Position numbers and translations under genes: made by a program
Source: the human T2T-CHM13v2.0 reference genome, Homo sapiens
NCBI RefSeq assembly: GCF_009914755.1
Contig: NC_060942.1
DNA: 64,000 bases
Strand: one strand, 5' to 3'
Shown: in pieces, positions 12,750 through 24,980 of the stretch
Numbering within the stretch: the stretch's first letter is position 1
Layout: the number at the start of each line of letters is the position of its first letter
The notes under the pieces: model-generated
Told to the model about the DNA's origin: nothing
Database searches by the model: none
The model's input: only the letters and a program-made list of their open reading frames with translations

Positions 12750-13345
12750 GTTTTAAAATTTAATTTCTTTTTGAGGTGTAATATACATTTTGAAAAGTGC
12801 ACATTTTGTAAGTGTACACCTCAGTGAATTCTCAAAAATCAAACAAACCCATGTAACCAATATCCACGTGAAGGAAGAGAATATTGTCAGTACTCTACTG
12901 GCTTCCCTTTGCCCCTTCCTTTTCTCACCCCCCATATGAGTAATCACTCAAATCATAAATTAGCTTTGCTTGTGTTTTTTTCTTTATATGTATGTAATCA
13001 TACAGTATGTACTTTGTGTCTTTCTTTACTCAACATAATACTTGTTTTCATCATCATTATTGCTGTGTGTAGCTATAGATTATTCTCATGCCCATATATT
13101 GTTCTCTTTGTGAATATATCACAATTTATTTATCCATTTTACTGATTATTAGCATTTTCATGTTCCAGCTTGGTGCTACTATGTATAGTGCTGCCATGAA
13201 CATTCCAGTATGTGTCTTTTGACAATCCAATATACACATCTTTGTTGAGGATATTCCAATCTGAAGGTGGAATTGCTGAGTCAAAGTTAATGCATACATT
13301 CAGCTTCAGTAGATGCTTTCAAACCCTTTTCAAAGAGCTTGTACT
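12750..13345 (-). mobile_element. L1ME 3' end, antisense
   Basis: tttgaggtgtaatatacat...aagtgcacattttgtaagtgtaca...cccatgtaacca...tttatttatccatttt...gctgccatgaacatt...ggaattgctgagtca. Confidence 0.8.
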
Positions 13346-14349
13346 TCCAGTTGTATTTTCATTCAGCACTATGGGAAGCAGCAACAGTGATCTGAATAGG
13401 GAAAAGCAATGACCAAAACTGTCTTTAAGTAAAATTGTTCTGGGAATTTTTAAGAGTAGATTGGAAGAGAAAGACATCAGAAATAAAGAGACTAGTCTGA
13501 CTACTAAAGCAGAGAATGAAGGATTAGAATAGATAAATGGATTAAAGGGAAAGGTATGCATATGAGTCATTGTGTGATGGTAGATTCTGCTAACCCCATG
13601 TGAAAGAGAAAAAATAATGACAGTTTGCATAAAAGTTTGATTGGGGTGAGGATGGTGAGTTCAGATAGTCCCTATAAATACAGAGAGACCTCAGCCACTA
13701 TTGAGATCTGAGAGTTGCGGCTCTATCTCTCCTTTATTTCCCATTTCTGCAATTCCTAAGCTGGTCCCACAGGCTTCCTGGAGCCATGTACATTGACAAA
13801 TAAAGGATCACATTTTTTTTATGCTTAACTCATAATGCAGTGATGTTAATAATACAGGGTCCCAATAATATAAAATACCCATTGAGAAGAATCTGCAATT
13901 ACTGCTTTCCACTTTGCACTACTGTATCATTTTTACTTTATGTCGCACACAAAAGTTCTTTAAAGAAGCTAATCGAGATTGACAGCGCCTGGGATGCGGC
14001 TCTTCCCTCTGAGGCAAACAAGCGAACACCCACTTCTTTATGCCTAGGCAGTGCTACCTCCACCCAGATCCCTGCACTAAAAGGCAACAGCTATAAATTG
14101 CAATGGCCTGCTTGCTGGGCTTTTCCCCAGCCCACCCTCCTTTGTGACTAGGAAGGAAAGTATTCCCTGATGGCCTGAAGAAGGGCATATAACACCAGCA
14201 GACATTCTACATTATACAGAAGTCTCAATTGGGGGCTGAGCCTTCTTATTTTCTACAGTTTTCTTCAATCTTCTAGTACTGATGAAATTTGCATGTGAAC
14301 AGACTCTTTGCCTCTTATGGGCCCATCTGTTTCTTCTGTTAATTTTTCA

Positions 14350-14420
14350 CCTGGAGTCCTAATTATAACTGACTCCAGACGGAAATGCCTATGACGTCAC
14401 CGTCAGGCGATTGGGGCTTC
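14350..14420 (-). promoter_or_regulatory. Candidate promoter motif cluster: CCAAT, full CRE (TGACGTCA 14392-14399), ETS-like CGGAAA, TATA-like TATAAT
   Basis: Motifs read directly in non-repeat sequence with locally retained CpGs; function is inferred only. Confidence 0.35.
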
Positions 14421-16832
14421 AGGTGGGAAATAAGGTGTTGGAGCAGATGGACATCGTCTGAGCAAAAGATTCTGATGTTTTGTAAATATTCACTGCATAA
14501 GAATGAGAATGAAAGGAAATATTGAAAATGGAAGCAAGGAAAATAACTCCTAACTACGCTGCTCCTTTTTTCCCCTCTTTTCTAACCTTCCACATGGTGC
14601 CAGTAGTACAGTTATAAGAGAGATTTGCCGGTATTAGAACCACACATTTAGTAATCCTGGCTTCCCTAGGGTCCGGTATAATGCAGTGGACACCCACTTG
14701 GCTTAGAAGTTAACAGAGGAGTCTATGAATCCCATGGCATTGGCATCCTAGGAGTAGCTAATGGAATATCTTGAAGACAACTAATAGGAGGAAGCTGTTA
14801 CAAACTTTATGTAGTCCGAATCTCTCTCCACATTGTAAGCATGTCCATCATTCTTCTAGATACAGCCCTACTCTTATCTCATGATAAGTCATGGGATCAT
14901 TGTTACAAGAGGCTGAATGGGAACATCTTCTCTTCCTCTGGTGAGTTTACATGACATGGAGTTTCAGCCAATCAACTCTCTAGAAAATTGCCAGAAATAT
15001 GCAGCTCTTGACAATGTGTGTGCTAAGAATAGACAAAGTTCTTCATTGAAGATAAGACACATACCTAACAAATGCAGAAAAATGAAAAGAGTTTAGGATT
15101 AGATCCAAAATTATAACAAATATTGGAGGGAGATTAGGAATTCTAAACTAGTTACCAGATGGTAAAATCCCTAACTACTACTTAAGTCTTCCCTCTATAC
15201 CTTCTTTTTTTTTCTATTTTTTTTTTCCAACAAAATCTTGCTCGTATGACTACTTTGTTGACTCGATCAACTCACAAACCAATTACCTGACAGAGTAGGT
15301 CTGTCCAGGCCAGGAAGAGCTAATTCAGGCCACCAAATTAGTTTAAGGGGCCTTGTTTTAGCCTTATTAAGGATCACATTTCGATTTCCAAGGGTAAAAT
15401 TCTAAGCCGGGTTTTGTTTTCTTTTGTTTTTTAACTAAATGAGTGGGACTTGACATAGACACCCTGCCTCACAACAATTGGGCTGTGCACAAGCAGACAT
15501 TACTGCCACCTCTTGCTCTCCAGAGATCCAGTGAGTGGAAACAATAAAGATCCTGTGTTTTGTCTCCACTCCAGGCAGGGTTTGATGCTTACTCTGATAG
15601 CGGAGATGGGCAAGCAAACATATTCAAACAACCTACAAGTTCTCAAGGAATCTGGTCAAGTTTCTTGTCCATCAGAGGAGAAATGGCCAATAATGGAATG
15701 GATCTCAACAAGTGAAAGTAAAGCAGCACTCACCAGATGAGCAACCTTTGCCTTTGATTCTCCGGAAGGGTGGTCCTCAGGTCTTCCATCTTGTGGGATC
15801 AGCTGGGCACAGGTCTGCTTCTTATTAAAGATGGTCAAAACCAGGGTAAGATTGCCTCTCACATGAAGAGTGAATGGTCATGTTAAGGCTTCCTCCTATC
15901 CTCCTGGACAGAGTATCCTTTTGAAACATATGCATAAAAGCCAGGCACATTTCAAATGTTGCATTGGAGTCTAAATTCAAATTGTCATGATGTTATCAAG
16001 TTACATTGGGCAGTTTTATATTTAAGAACTACTGGATTCAACTACTAGTAGGAAAAAATGGCATTTTCTTGTAAAATGGCATTTGCTTCGGTGGCACCTA
16101 GACCCCAAGCAGGAGCGGCTTATCTCAGGGTTCTCTTACCAAGGAAGTTCTCAAAATAATGTGGATCTACATGGTAAGGTTCAGAGGCCAGACAGACACC
16201 AGTAAACACAGGGAAGGAATTTTGAATGTAGGAGTACAGAAGGAAGACCATCTTTGGAGAAGGGATGAGGCAGCTTGTTTTTCATGGTGCATGGTGGCTA
16301 ATGTCTTGCTTTCATAAGAGCCTTCAACTGACAGAGAGAAAAAAACAAAACTCTAAGTATGTGGCCCAGGATTATATTTACACAAAATAGGAGGAAGACG
16401 GAAAATGAAATCCAGATAAATTAATTTCAACATCCAAGTTTTTTTAACCAAGCCAGAGAGTAAAAACTTTACAAAGTTCCAGTAAACAGATATATACCAA
16501 TGAGATTCATTTTCCACTGCTGATCTTGGAAGAATTGGATTTTCTTGCCAGTATATTTCATTATATATGACCACACAAATGATAGATTATTTTTTTCACA
16601 TGATATCTCTCCTCTCTTGCTCTTATGCCCCCTTTGAGGTATTAGAATGAAATAGTTTACATTTCAGGTTGAGAGTTAGAAAAAGAAGACTAGTTTGGTT
16701 GAACTTAGACTGGCTTGAGACTTTAGTTTTGCCAGAACTGCTTCTCAGAAAATTGGTACATTGGTTTCACTGTCTTGATTTGGAAGCCTTGTCTTAGAGG
16801 AAACATTCCAATTTATTTCATCTAAATTAGAG

Positions 16833-17032
16833 CAGGGGTTGGCCAACCACAGCCCACTGGCCAAATCAGCTGGTTGCCTGTTTTTAAATAAAGTTTTATT
16901 GGAACACAGCCTTGATTTTTTTTTAATTACTATTATCTATGTTTGTTTTCATGCCACAATGGTAAAGTTCAGTAGTTGACCTATAGATCTTATTCTCTAT
17001 ATTTGTCCATTTACAAAAAAGGTTTGCCAACC
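16833..17032 (-). mobile_element. MER58A hAT-Charlie MITE
   Basis: caggggttggccaacca...gcctgtttttaaataaagttttattggaacacagcc...tttacaaaaaaggtttgccaacc. Confidence 0.85.
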
Positions 17033-17139
17033 TAGAGGAGACTTCTTCAATTTTTCAATAGAGTTGGTAAATTTTCCCATAAAGTCTCACCAAGGATCTA
17101 AAAAATGTCTAGCCATCTTAGAGTTTTCCTCTGTGACAT

Positions 17140-17310
17140 GGCAGAAAAGATAAACGTTTTGGGGGTCAGAAGATCTAAGTTCAAATGTCAGTTTCATCAC
17201 TTACTGTTTTTATGATTATGACAAGTTTTAGGACTTCTCTCAGCTTCTCCTATATAATAGGTCTCAAAATGCTTGTTTCAAAACTCGTTGTGAAGACCAA
17301 GGCCCTGACA
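17140..17310 (+). mobile_element. MIR
   Basis: gggtcagaagatctaagttcaaatgtcagtttcatcacttact...gacaagtt...cttctctcagcttctcc. Confidence 0.6.
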
Positions 17311-17629
17311 AAGCCTGGGTGCTGAATATGAATTATTTCATCAGCCCTCCCATGTCACCATCCTTATCCTGTCACGATTTTCTTCCTGGCCCACTTGAGG
17401 TGAAATTTTGGTAGACATTTGTTGCTGATTGTGTTATGTAATTCTTTAGTGAGGAAGCTAGAATAAATTCATTTGAAAGGGAATTTGCTCACATTTGTTC
17501 TGGGGAGATCCCAGTGATTTAGGCAGACTGCTAATGCCTTTTACAAAGGATCCACCTCAGTCATCATGTACTAGATGTTGTCATAATTTCTTTTACAAAA
17601 GAACAAATCAACCTTGTTCCTCTCCATCC

Positions 17630-17850
17630 GGGGAAGGGAAGGGAAGGGAAGGGAAGGGAAGGGAAGGGAAGGGAAGGGAAGGACAGGGGAGGGGAGGGGA
17701 GGGGATGGGAGGGGAGGGGAGGGGAGGGGAGGGGATGGGAGGGGAGGGGGGGGAGGAAGGAGAAGAGATAGAAAGAAAGAGAGAAGGAAGGAAGGGAAAG
17801 AAAGAGAGACAGAGAAAGGGAAAGAGAGACAGAGAAAGAAGAGAGTGGAA
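17630..17850. repeat. (GGGAA)n/(GGGGA)n and GA-rich polypurine tract
   Basis: About 10 GGGAA units, then GGGGA-type units, then GA-rich sequence. Confidence 0.95.
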
Positions 17851-18359
17851 GCCTCTGTATTAATCTGCTGATTGAAAAGAAGTATCAACACTGTTTTGAC
17901 CAAATTTGTCACCTTTTTTGGTAGGCATTTGAGTAGAAATCAGAGCAATGAATGTCTCTTAGATATCTGCATAATAATCCCAACCTAATGAATTTATTTC
18001 AGAAATTTTATATTTTGTAAATAGCTGAGAATATTCTAGAAACAGCCACAAAACTGTTCACTTTGTCCTGTATCATGGCCTTGAAGCATGTGCTGCAAGT
18101 GCTTCCGTTTTCTTTTTGCAGAGGAAAAGGAGGAGCCAAAGCCTTATATGAATAAGTGAGGGAGCTTGTAAATTCATATAAGGGTGAAAGCTTGGGGAAT
18201 AACGCCATCCTTATGTGGATAGTCCTGACACACTATGGGACCTAAGACAACCTGCTTATTCTCATTGAGTTTTGTCCTTTACTTTCTATTAGATTATCTC
18301 ATTGACATTTTATACCACTTTCAGACATTTCTATACTGCTATAGAATAAATCAGTTTTT

Positions 18360-18660
<301 letters not shown>

Positions 18661-18667
18661 ATCATTT

Positions 18668-18669
<2 letters not shown>

Positions 18670-18703
<34 letters not shown>

Positions 18704-18788
18704 TGACAAAGTCTTGCTGTGCTGCCCAACCTGGAGTGCAGTTGCACAATCTCGGCTCACTGTAACCTCTACCTCCCAGGTTTAAGTG
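18670..18788 (-). mobile_element. 5'-truncated Alu right-arm fragment with a (GTT)n tail
   Basis: (gtt)n ttttgacaaagtcttgctgtgctgcccaacctggagtgcagttgcacaatctcggctcactgtaacctctacctcccaggtttaagtg. Confidence 0.9.
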
Positions 18789-19759
18789 GGATAAATCATT
18801 TTTTAAATGTAAAATGTGTAGCCAGTCCACAATTGATGAGAGGGTCTAATTTATTTTGTGTTAAAGTTGGTTGTTAGGAATTCAAAATTTATTTTCCCAT
18901 GATAAAATATTATAGAGCATGGATATATTATTAACTTAAACTGCCATCTTTTATTTCTGTAGGGGATACACAGGAATATTAACATTTATTTAAAACTGTT
19001 TTCTCATATATAAGGCTATATTTCGCTATAGGATACATCTAAGTTGCCCAGTTTCCATACTGTGTGTCCTCAGCATAATTCCTGGTCCTTATAACAGGTG
19101 AGCAGAGGGAGCAAGGGCAGTGGAGGTCACAGGGCAGCTGTGGTGGAAGTGGGGAGAGGAGGAGAGAAAGAGTCCTTGGCAACCACTGCTCAGGTGGGAG
19201 GGCTCAGATCCCATGTCTCAGGCATCTTTTTCTCTATGGGTGATGGAAGAGAGATTCTGAGCATCCTGAGTAAGAGTAGGAGGCATCCAGCAAGCTCTGA
19301 CAATCCCTGTTGAGGTGAGGCTATGGGAGGGGAAGTGTGTGTCTGAAAGGAAGGTTGGTTAATTGTTTACTGAGCATCACGAGTCCTCTAATGATGTCTA
19401 AGTTCTGTGTCCTGTTAATTGTTTTATCTTCAGCTCCTAGCACAATGCCAAGAAAATAGTAAGCTTTTAGTAAATGTTAAATTGTCTTGTGAGATTACCC
19501 TTGGAAGGTAAAAACAAATCACTTTGGATAGGGTCTGGCTAAAATAATCCCACCCAAATTTATATTTTCCTTTCTCGAGGGCTGGAACCTTACAAATATT
19601 TACAGACCTTTACATACTGTGGTATACAAACAGCAGGAGTTGGAAGCATTGATGGAACAGAGCTGTGTTAGAACAGTTCGCTGATAATAGACTAGAATAG
19701 AAACTCCGCTGTCCCAAACACTCTGCTTATTAAAAACCACCATCCAAAAAGTAGTGGAG

Positions 19760-19980
19760 AAGAGAAGAGCACACATTCTAGAATCCAAACAAACTGGACT
19801 TGAATTATGGCCCTGTGTGACATGGCCAAGTTACTGTTTTCTCCAAGCCTCCATTTATTTATGTGTAAAAATGGAAATACTTTTAGAAAGAGATTTAGTG
19901 CCACATTGGGTTGTGGTGAAGATTAAATGAGATAGAGGATGTAAAGTGCCTAATGCACAGTGAGAACTGAATAAACGCTT
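19760..19980 (+). mobile_element. MIR
   Basis: tgtgtgacatggccaagttact...atgtgtaaaaatggaaata...gttgtggtgaagattaaatgagata...gtaaagtgcctaatgcacagtg. Confidence 0.75.
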
Positions 19981-20782
19981 ATTTCCAATATTTCTCACTT
20001 TTGGAAAATGTTACCTGAAGGCAAAATGAAAGCATTTCCTCCAGACCCTGAGACCAGGAGAGACCTGAGCAGGGAATCCATTTCAAAGCTCTTCTACCGT
20101 GTCTGAATGCCTCTGAAAGCTGATCAGAGTTATTACAGCTAATCAGGACAAGGGAGAGAGAGGCAGGAGAAGTGACAATCACGTGTCCCCCTGTGGGTCT
20201 GTGTCGCCCACCACGACTTTCACAGCCATTGTGTTTGTGCTCCAGGCTGCTCTATTATTAGTTTCTGCGGCTGTTTCTGCTCCAGCTGTGTGTCCACTGG
20301 GGTCCGTTGCAGAATACCAGCCTGTCCTCACATGGTACGAAAGCAGTGCAGCAGTCTGTTGCAAAATATTCCCAGAACCTGAGGCTCCAGAGAGCCTCGA
20401 CCCTCAGCAGTCTCGCTGTTTGGAAGACATTGTTCTGGAAGCTTCCATGGTCTTCGTTATTTTCTGCCTCTTATCAGTTGTACTTGCAGCTTGTCGCCCT
20501 GAACTAACTAGCCCCACAGCCAGACCTTTGACAAAACATTCTGGCTTTTGATGATATTATCTCTTTCTTCGGCAGAGAGAACTCAGAGCCAAGTATCTTT
20601 GACTTTGAGAGATTATGGTTTCATTCATCCTGGAAATACATACACAGGTTATCTTTTATCCCCTGCCTTCAAGCCATGGTCCTGAAGTTAATATGTCATT
20701 ACCTCACCTGTCGCCTGTGGCACAGTCTTTTTATCAACTATGCAGTGTACGATGTCATGATATGAAACTGCCCTGTGCTTAC

Positions 20783-21072
20783 TTCTGATTTCTCTTCCCA
20801 CATCTGAATTTCCTTTTCGCTAATCCACATCTCATGCAGTTTTGTCTGTAGTTTACCATCTTCACCCCCCAACTTCCTTCTTTGGGAAATAGTTTGCGAA
20901 CATCTGATTGTGGCGTGTAGAGGAGACTTGATGCTTTCAGGCTTCTTGCTATTCTAGAATATTTCATGTTCATACCATATAATCCCGGCCTGGATGGAGT
21001 GTGCATCCCTGTGGTTCTTAAATCACCAATGTGCTTGTGAGTTCCTCCTCCCCATTCCTATCCTACAGTCAC
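20783..21072 (-). other. Candidate 290-nt exon of an unrecognised minus-strand transcript (possible lncRNA or small ORF)
   Basis: Minus-strand acceptor ttttgtctaattctttcag|G and donor CAGAA|gtaagc in unique sequence; a second acceptor tatttccag|G lies 153 nt downstream. Confidence 0.25.
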
Positions 21073-21344
21073 CTGAAAGAATTAGACAAAACGCAGCTAA
21101 TTAACAAATATTAGCTGACAATGTTCTGGTTGCTGGGAGTCAGTTGAACTGTGAGGAAACCAGAATAGAAGGAAAAGATAAGGATGACAATTCTGTCATC
21201 TCTATCAGACTAGGGCAAGGTGGAGGAGAAAATATTCAAAGCAAATATGGGTACTGTTATGTGCCAGGAACTGTCCTAAACTCCCTGGTGCATATGAACA
21301 GCTAATTCTTGCACTAACCATTGAAGTAGGCACATGAATGAGAG

Positions 21345-21598
21345 CACTGTAGCATTTTTTTCACGAAGAGGATATACTTTGGAGACCAATTGCCTGGATT
21401 CTAATACTGGCTTCTCTCCTAACTGTGAGGCCCTGAGAAAGTTACTTAACCCTTCTGTGTCTAAGACTCCTCATTTACAAAATGAAGCAAATTATACCTA
21501 CTTTGTATGTTTTCCTAAGAATTAAATGAGTTAATACATATGAACTATGTAGAGCAGATCCCAAGACATAATAAGCATTCATTAAGAATTAGCTATTA
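21345..21598 (+). mobile_element. MIR (near full length), nested in an antisense MIR fragment (~21245-21335)
   Basis: ctttggagaccaattgcctggattctaatactggc...aagttacttaacccttctgtgtct...aagaattaaatgagttaataca...agctatta. Confidence 0.8.
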
Positions 21599-22499
21599 AA
21601 CTAGTTATGCATTAATAACTGTATTCACACTCGCACAGCCTGGCCATGGCTATGGTATATTTCCGCAAGGACATGCAGCTGGACTGTAGAACATCATAGT
21701 CCTAAATCTATGTATGCCTGCAGGTCACTGCCAGTTGCTTTCCTAGTGACTTCAAAAGAACAGGTCACACTCCCACTTCTTGCCTTCATGCCTCAGTAAC
21801 ATCAATAGCATCTCACACTCTGTTCAGTGGCAAAGGTTAGCACTTGTTTCAAGAGCATTTTGGCCTTTTGCGTATTATTACTTTAAAGTCTTAAATCCCA
21901 TCTGCTACTAGTAGCAAATATAGAGCTAATTAAATGTAATTTTTCTGGAAAAAATCCTGTTTGGTCTTTTCAGAGTGGGACAGATTGTATTTTATAAGTC
22001 CTTGCTGATAATTTCCCACTCCCCATTTATAACTTTCAATAATTTATTAGCATAAGAAAAATACCCATGAAAGATCTCCTGGACAGATAAACACACCGTG
22101 AAATAAAGTACATTTTCCTATTAGGACAATTATCTATCCTAGTGCTCACTGGGCAACAAACTTTAGAGGAAGTAAAAGAATGAGCCCATCTCTGAATTCC
22201 TTGGCTCCTTGAATCATTAACAAACAAGTCGGTCATTACTTAATACATAATTGTTTGTGTTAAGATATCTTGTTCTTAATTGTAAGCTCATTGAAGTTAC
22301 AGACCAAGCCATATATAGTTTCTCTTATCATGTCTGTCAAGCCCTGGGGTAATCCTTTATCTGAAAAGCATGTTATTTCCTCTTTAACTGCTTTAATCTC
22401 ATAAAGCAGTTAATTAGAATTGTTCTGAAGACCCATATATTTGAACTGGCTCTACTAGGATGGCTAAGTGCCACCTCTTCATTCTTATTATACATGTTC

Positions 22500-22920
22500 C
22501 AGTTATATCAGCCTCCTCTCACTATCTTGAAAGCACTGGGAGTCCTTCTACCACAGGTTCTTGGAATGTGCTATTCCGTCTGTCTCAATACTCTTACTTT
22601 ATGCTTGCTCCTCTCATTTTCACCATCTCACCACTTAGTGCCTATGCATCCCTTCGATACTTCCTTGACCCATTTGACCATGGCCTTTCACCCTCCTCTT
22701 CTCCACCTCATATAAGTCACAGTTCTTTGATACACACAATCACAGAATTGTCTTCAGTTCATTGAAGGTACTTCTCAGCGTTTGTAATTAAACTTTTATT
22801 AATGCAATTATTTGATCAATGACATTCTCCTGAGTAAGGAAGAAACTCCATAAGAAGAGAAACTGTTTTTGCTCATGATTGCATCCTCAGCATTGGCACA
22901 CAGGAGGGCTGCAATACTGA
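22500..22920 (+). mobile_element. L2 3' fragment
   Basis: Pyrimidine-rich L2 3' UTR motifs ending gaaactccataagaagagaactgtttttgctcatgattgcatcctcagcattggcacaca. Confidence 0.55.
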
Positions 22921-22998
22921 ATTAATTCTGAGTTAATTCTCAACAAACATTAGTTTTTTAGTGATTAAGAGCTTTTTATTACATTTGGGAACTCAATA

Positions 22999-23092
22999 AA
23001 GTCTTCTAGAATAAGAATTGAAGGTATAGTTTTACAATGGGGTATAAGTCTTCTAGAATAAGAACTGAATGTATAGTTTTACAATGGGGTAT
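22999..23092. repeat. 47-bp tandem duplication (2 copies, 2 mismatches)
   Basis: aagtcttctagaataagaa[t/c]tgaa[g/t]gtatagttttacaatggggtat x2. Confidence 0.95.
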
Positions 23093-23429
23093 TTTCAGTT
23101 TGAAATGTTCTACATATGGATATGTCTGCTATGTAGCAGAGAGGCAAATAAAGAATAAGGGTCAGGTTGGAGGTTTCTCCCTGGTAGGTTATTCTGGTCC
23201 AGTGTACACATGAGCAGAAATATCAGGACTACTTGGTCTGGATAACAAACTATGACTAGTATTTTGGAGTACCCAGGGATTGATCAGAGAAGAAATCCAG
23301 ATGGTAGGAAAAATATCTGGAACTCATTTACTTATTGTCAAAGTATTACGTGCTAGTCACCATACTAAGGACTGGAGATCAATAGACAAATGAATCTGTT
23401 CCTTAGTGTCCACAGGGTGGGAAGGTACA

Positions 23430-23793
23430 ATGGGAAGGTGAATATTTGTGTCTTTTCAAAATTCGTATGTTGAAATCCTAACCACCAAGACGGTATTTGG
23501 AGGTTGGGATTTTTGAGAAATCATTTGCCCTTAAGGGTAGAACCCTCATGAATGAGATAAGTGGCCCTAGAAAAGGGACGACAGGGAGCTATTTTGCCCT
23601 CTTTCCACCAAGAGAGGATGCAGCAAGAAGGTCATAGTCTGCAAGGTGGAAGCGGGCTCTCACCAGAACTCAACCGTGCTGGCATCCACATCTCAGACTT
23701 TCAGCCTCCAAAAGTGTAAGAAATAAATTTCTATTATTTGTAAGCTACCCAGTCTATGATACTTTGTTACAGCAGCCCAAACTGACTAAGACA
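23430..23793 (+). mobile_element. MLT1A0-like MaLR solo LTR
   Basis: caaaattcgtatgttgaaatcctaacc...ccctcatgaatgagataagtg...ctctcaccagaac...cagcctcca...aataaatttct...cagcccaaactgactaagaca. Confidence 0.85.
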
Positions 23794-24559
23794 GGGCGAA
23801 GAGAGAAAATAATTAATTAGAATGCATTGTAGAAAATTGTGTGATGGAAATGCTATAGGAAAACAAAAGTTTCATGCCTGTGAGCTTTATAGAAGCCTTC
23901 TTTACGGAGATGACCCTGAGCTGATCCATGAGGCATGAGCAGGATTTAGGATCCAGGTGGTGGGCAGAGAGGGAGGACATTCCAAGTAATGAGCTGGGAT
24001 GTGAGGTCAAAGATTGAAAGTGCCCAGTGTATTTGAGGAACTGGAAACCTCTTCTGGATGACAAAACTGCAGAGGGCAAAAAGCAAGGGGGAGAGGGCAG
24101 AGAGTATTAATAAGCAATAAGGCTTCAGTGAAGGACATGAAATTGATTGGGTAGGATTTAAGAAGCCATCGGAGGATGATCAATAGGTCTATCTGTGATC
24201 TAAGCTATGCTTAAAAAGTGGCTTTGTCAATAGAGTAGGTAATGGATAAACAAGGAGCTGAACTGACTTCACAAAGATTGTTTAAAAGTGGCACATGGTG
24301 AGTTATGAAAGTGGCACATGGTCATGGTAGGACCTAGGGAAGTGCATTTTAATTTCAGGAGAGGAGATGGACTTTAGGTGTATTGAAGAGGTAAAGTCAA
24401 TAGTGTTTGGCCGTGCTAAATGTAGGAGGTAAAGAAGGAGGAGGGTTCTGAATTGGGCAGTTGGGTAGATAGTAGTACCATTTACAAAGAGAGCAAGCAG
24501 AAGAAGAAAAGCAGATTTTGTTGTTTGGAAATAGATAAATTTATTTTTAAATATGCTGA

Positions 24560-24980
24560 GGATTAATGAGGCTGTTTGCTGGCCCCAAACACCCATTTCC
24601 TTCCAAAATAAATACCATGTTTTAGCTAGGCATGTCTCTGCTTGCTTGCAGCTGGATGTGAACATATAATTAGGTTCTGGCCAGTGGGATGCAAGCACAG
24701 CTGTTGAGTACTCCTCCCGCAGGTGTTCTTCTCCCTGTTTCTCATTTCCTGAGTCTCACGCCTGGGAATATAGATAGGTTGGATAGACCTGTAATAGCCA
24801 TCTTAGACCATGAGGTAGATGCTGCATATTGAGGACGGTGAAGCAATGAGATAAAGTATCTTGAGACTCCTTTTCAGCCTTGGCATGCCCATGCGAAAAA
24901 AAATAAATAAACATTGATTTTATTTAAGCCTCTGAGAGTAAATTCAGTCATTTATAGTTGAACTTAATCCTGACTAATAC
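24560..24980 (+). mobile_element. MLT1I/J-like MaLR solo LTR
   Basis: cttgcagctggatgtg...ttctggccagtgggatg...agccatcttagaccatgagg...tttaagcc...aatcctgactaatac. Confidence 0.7.

Noticed and set aside
4960-15850. Isolated strong plus-strand donors (CAG|gtaaga ~4965, AGG|gtaaga ~15845)
   Set aside because: No paired acceptor or reading frame could be established; expected by chance
17495-17912. Gly/Arg/Glu-rich and Pro-rich repeat ORFs
   Set aside because: Translations of the GGGAA/GGGGA simple repeat
22999-23092. CRISPR-like reading of short direct repeats (also 51417-51477)
   Set aside because: Only two copies, no unique spacers of regular length, eukaryotic DNA, no cas genes
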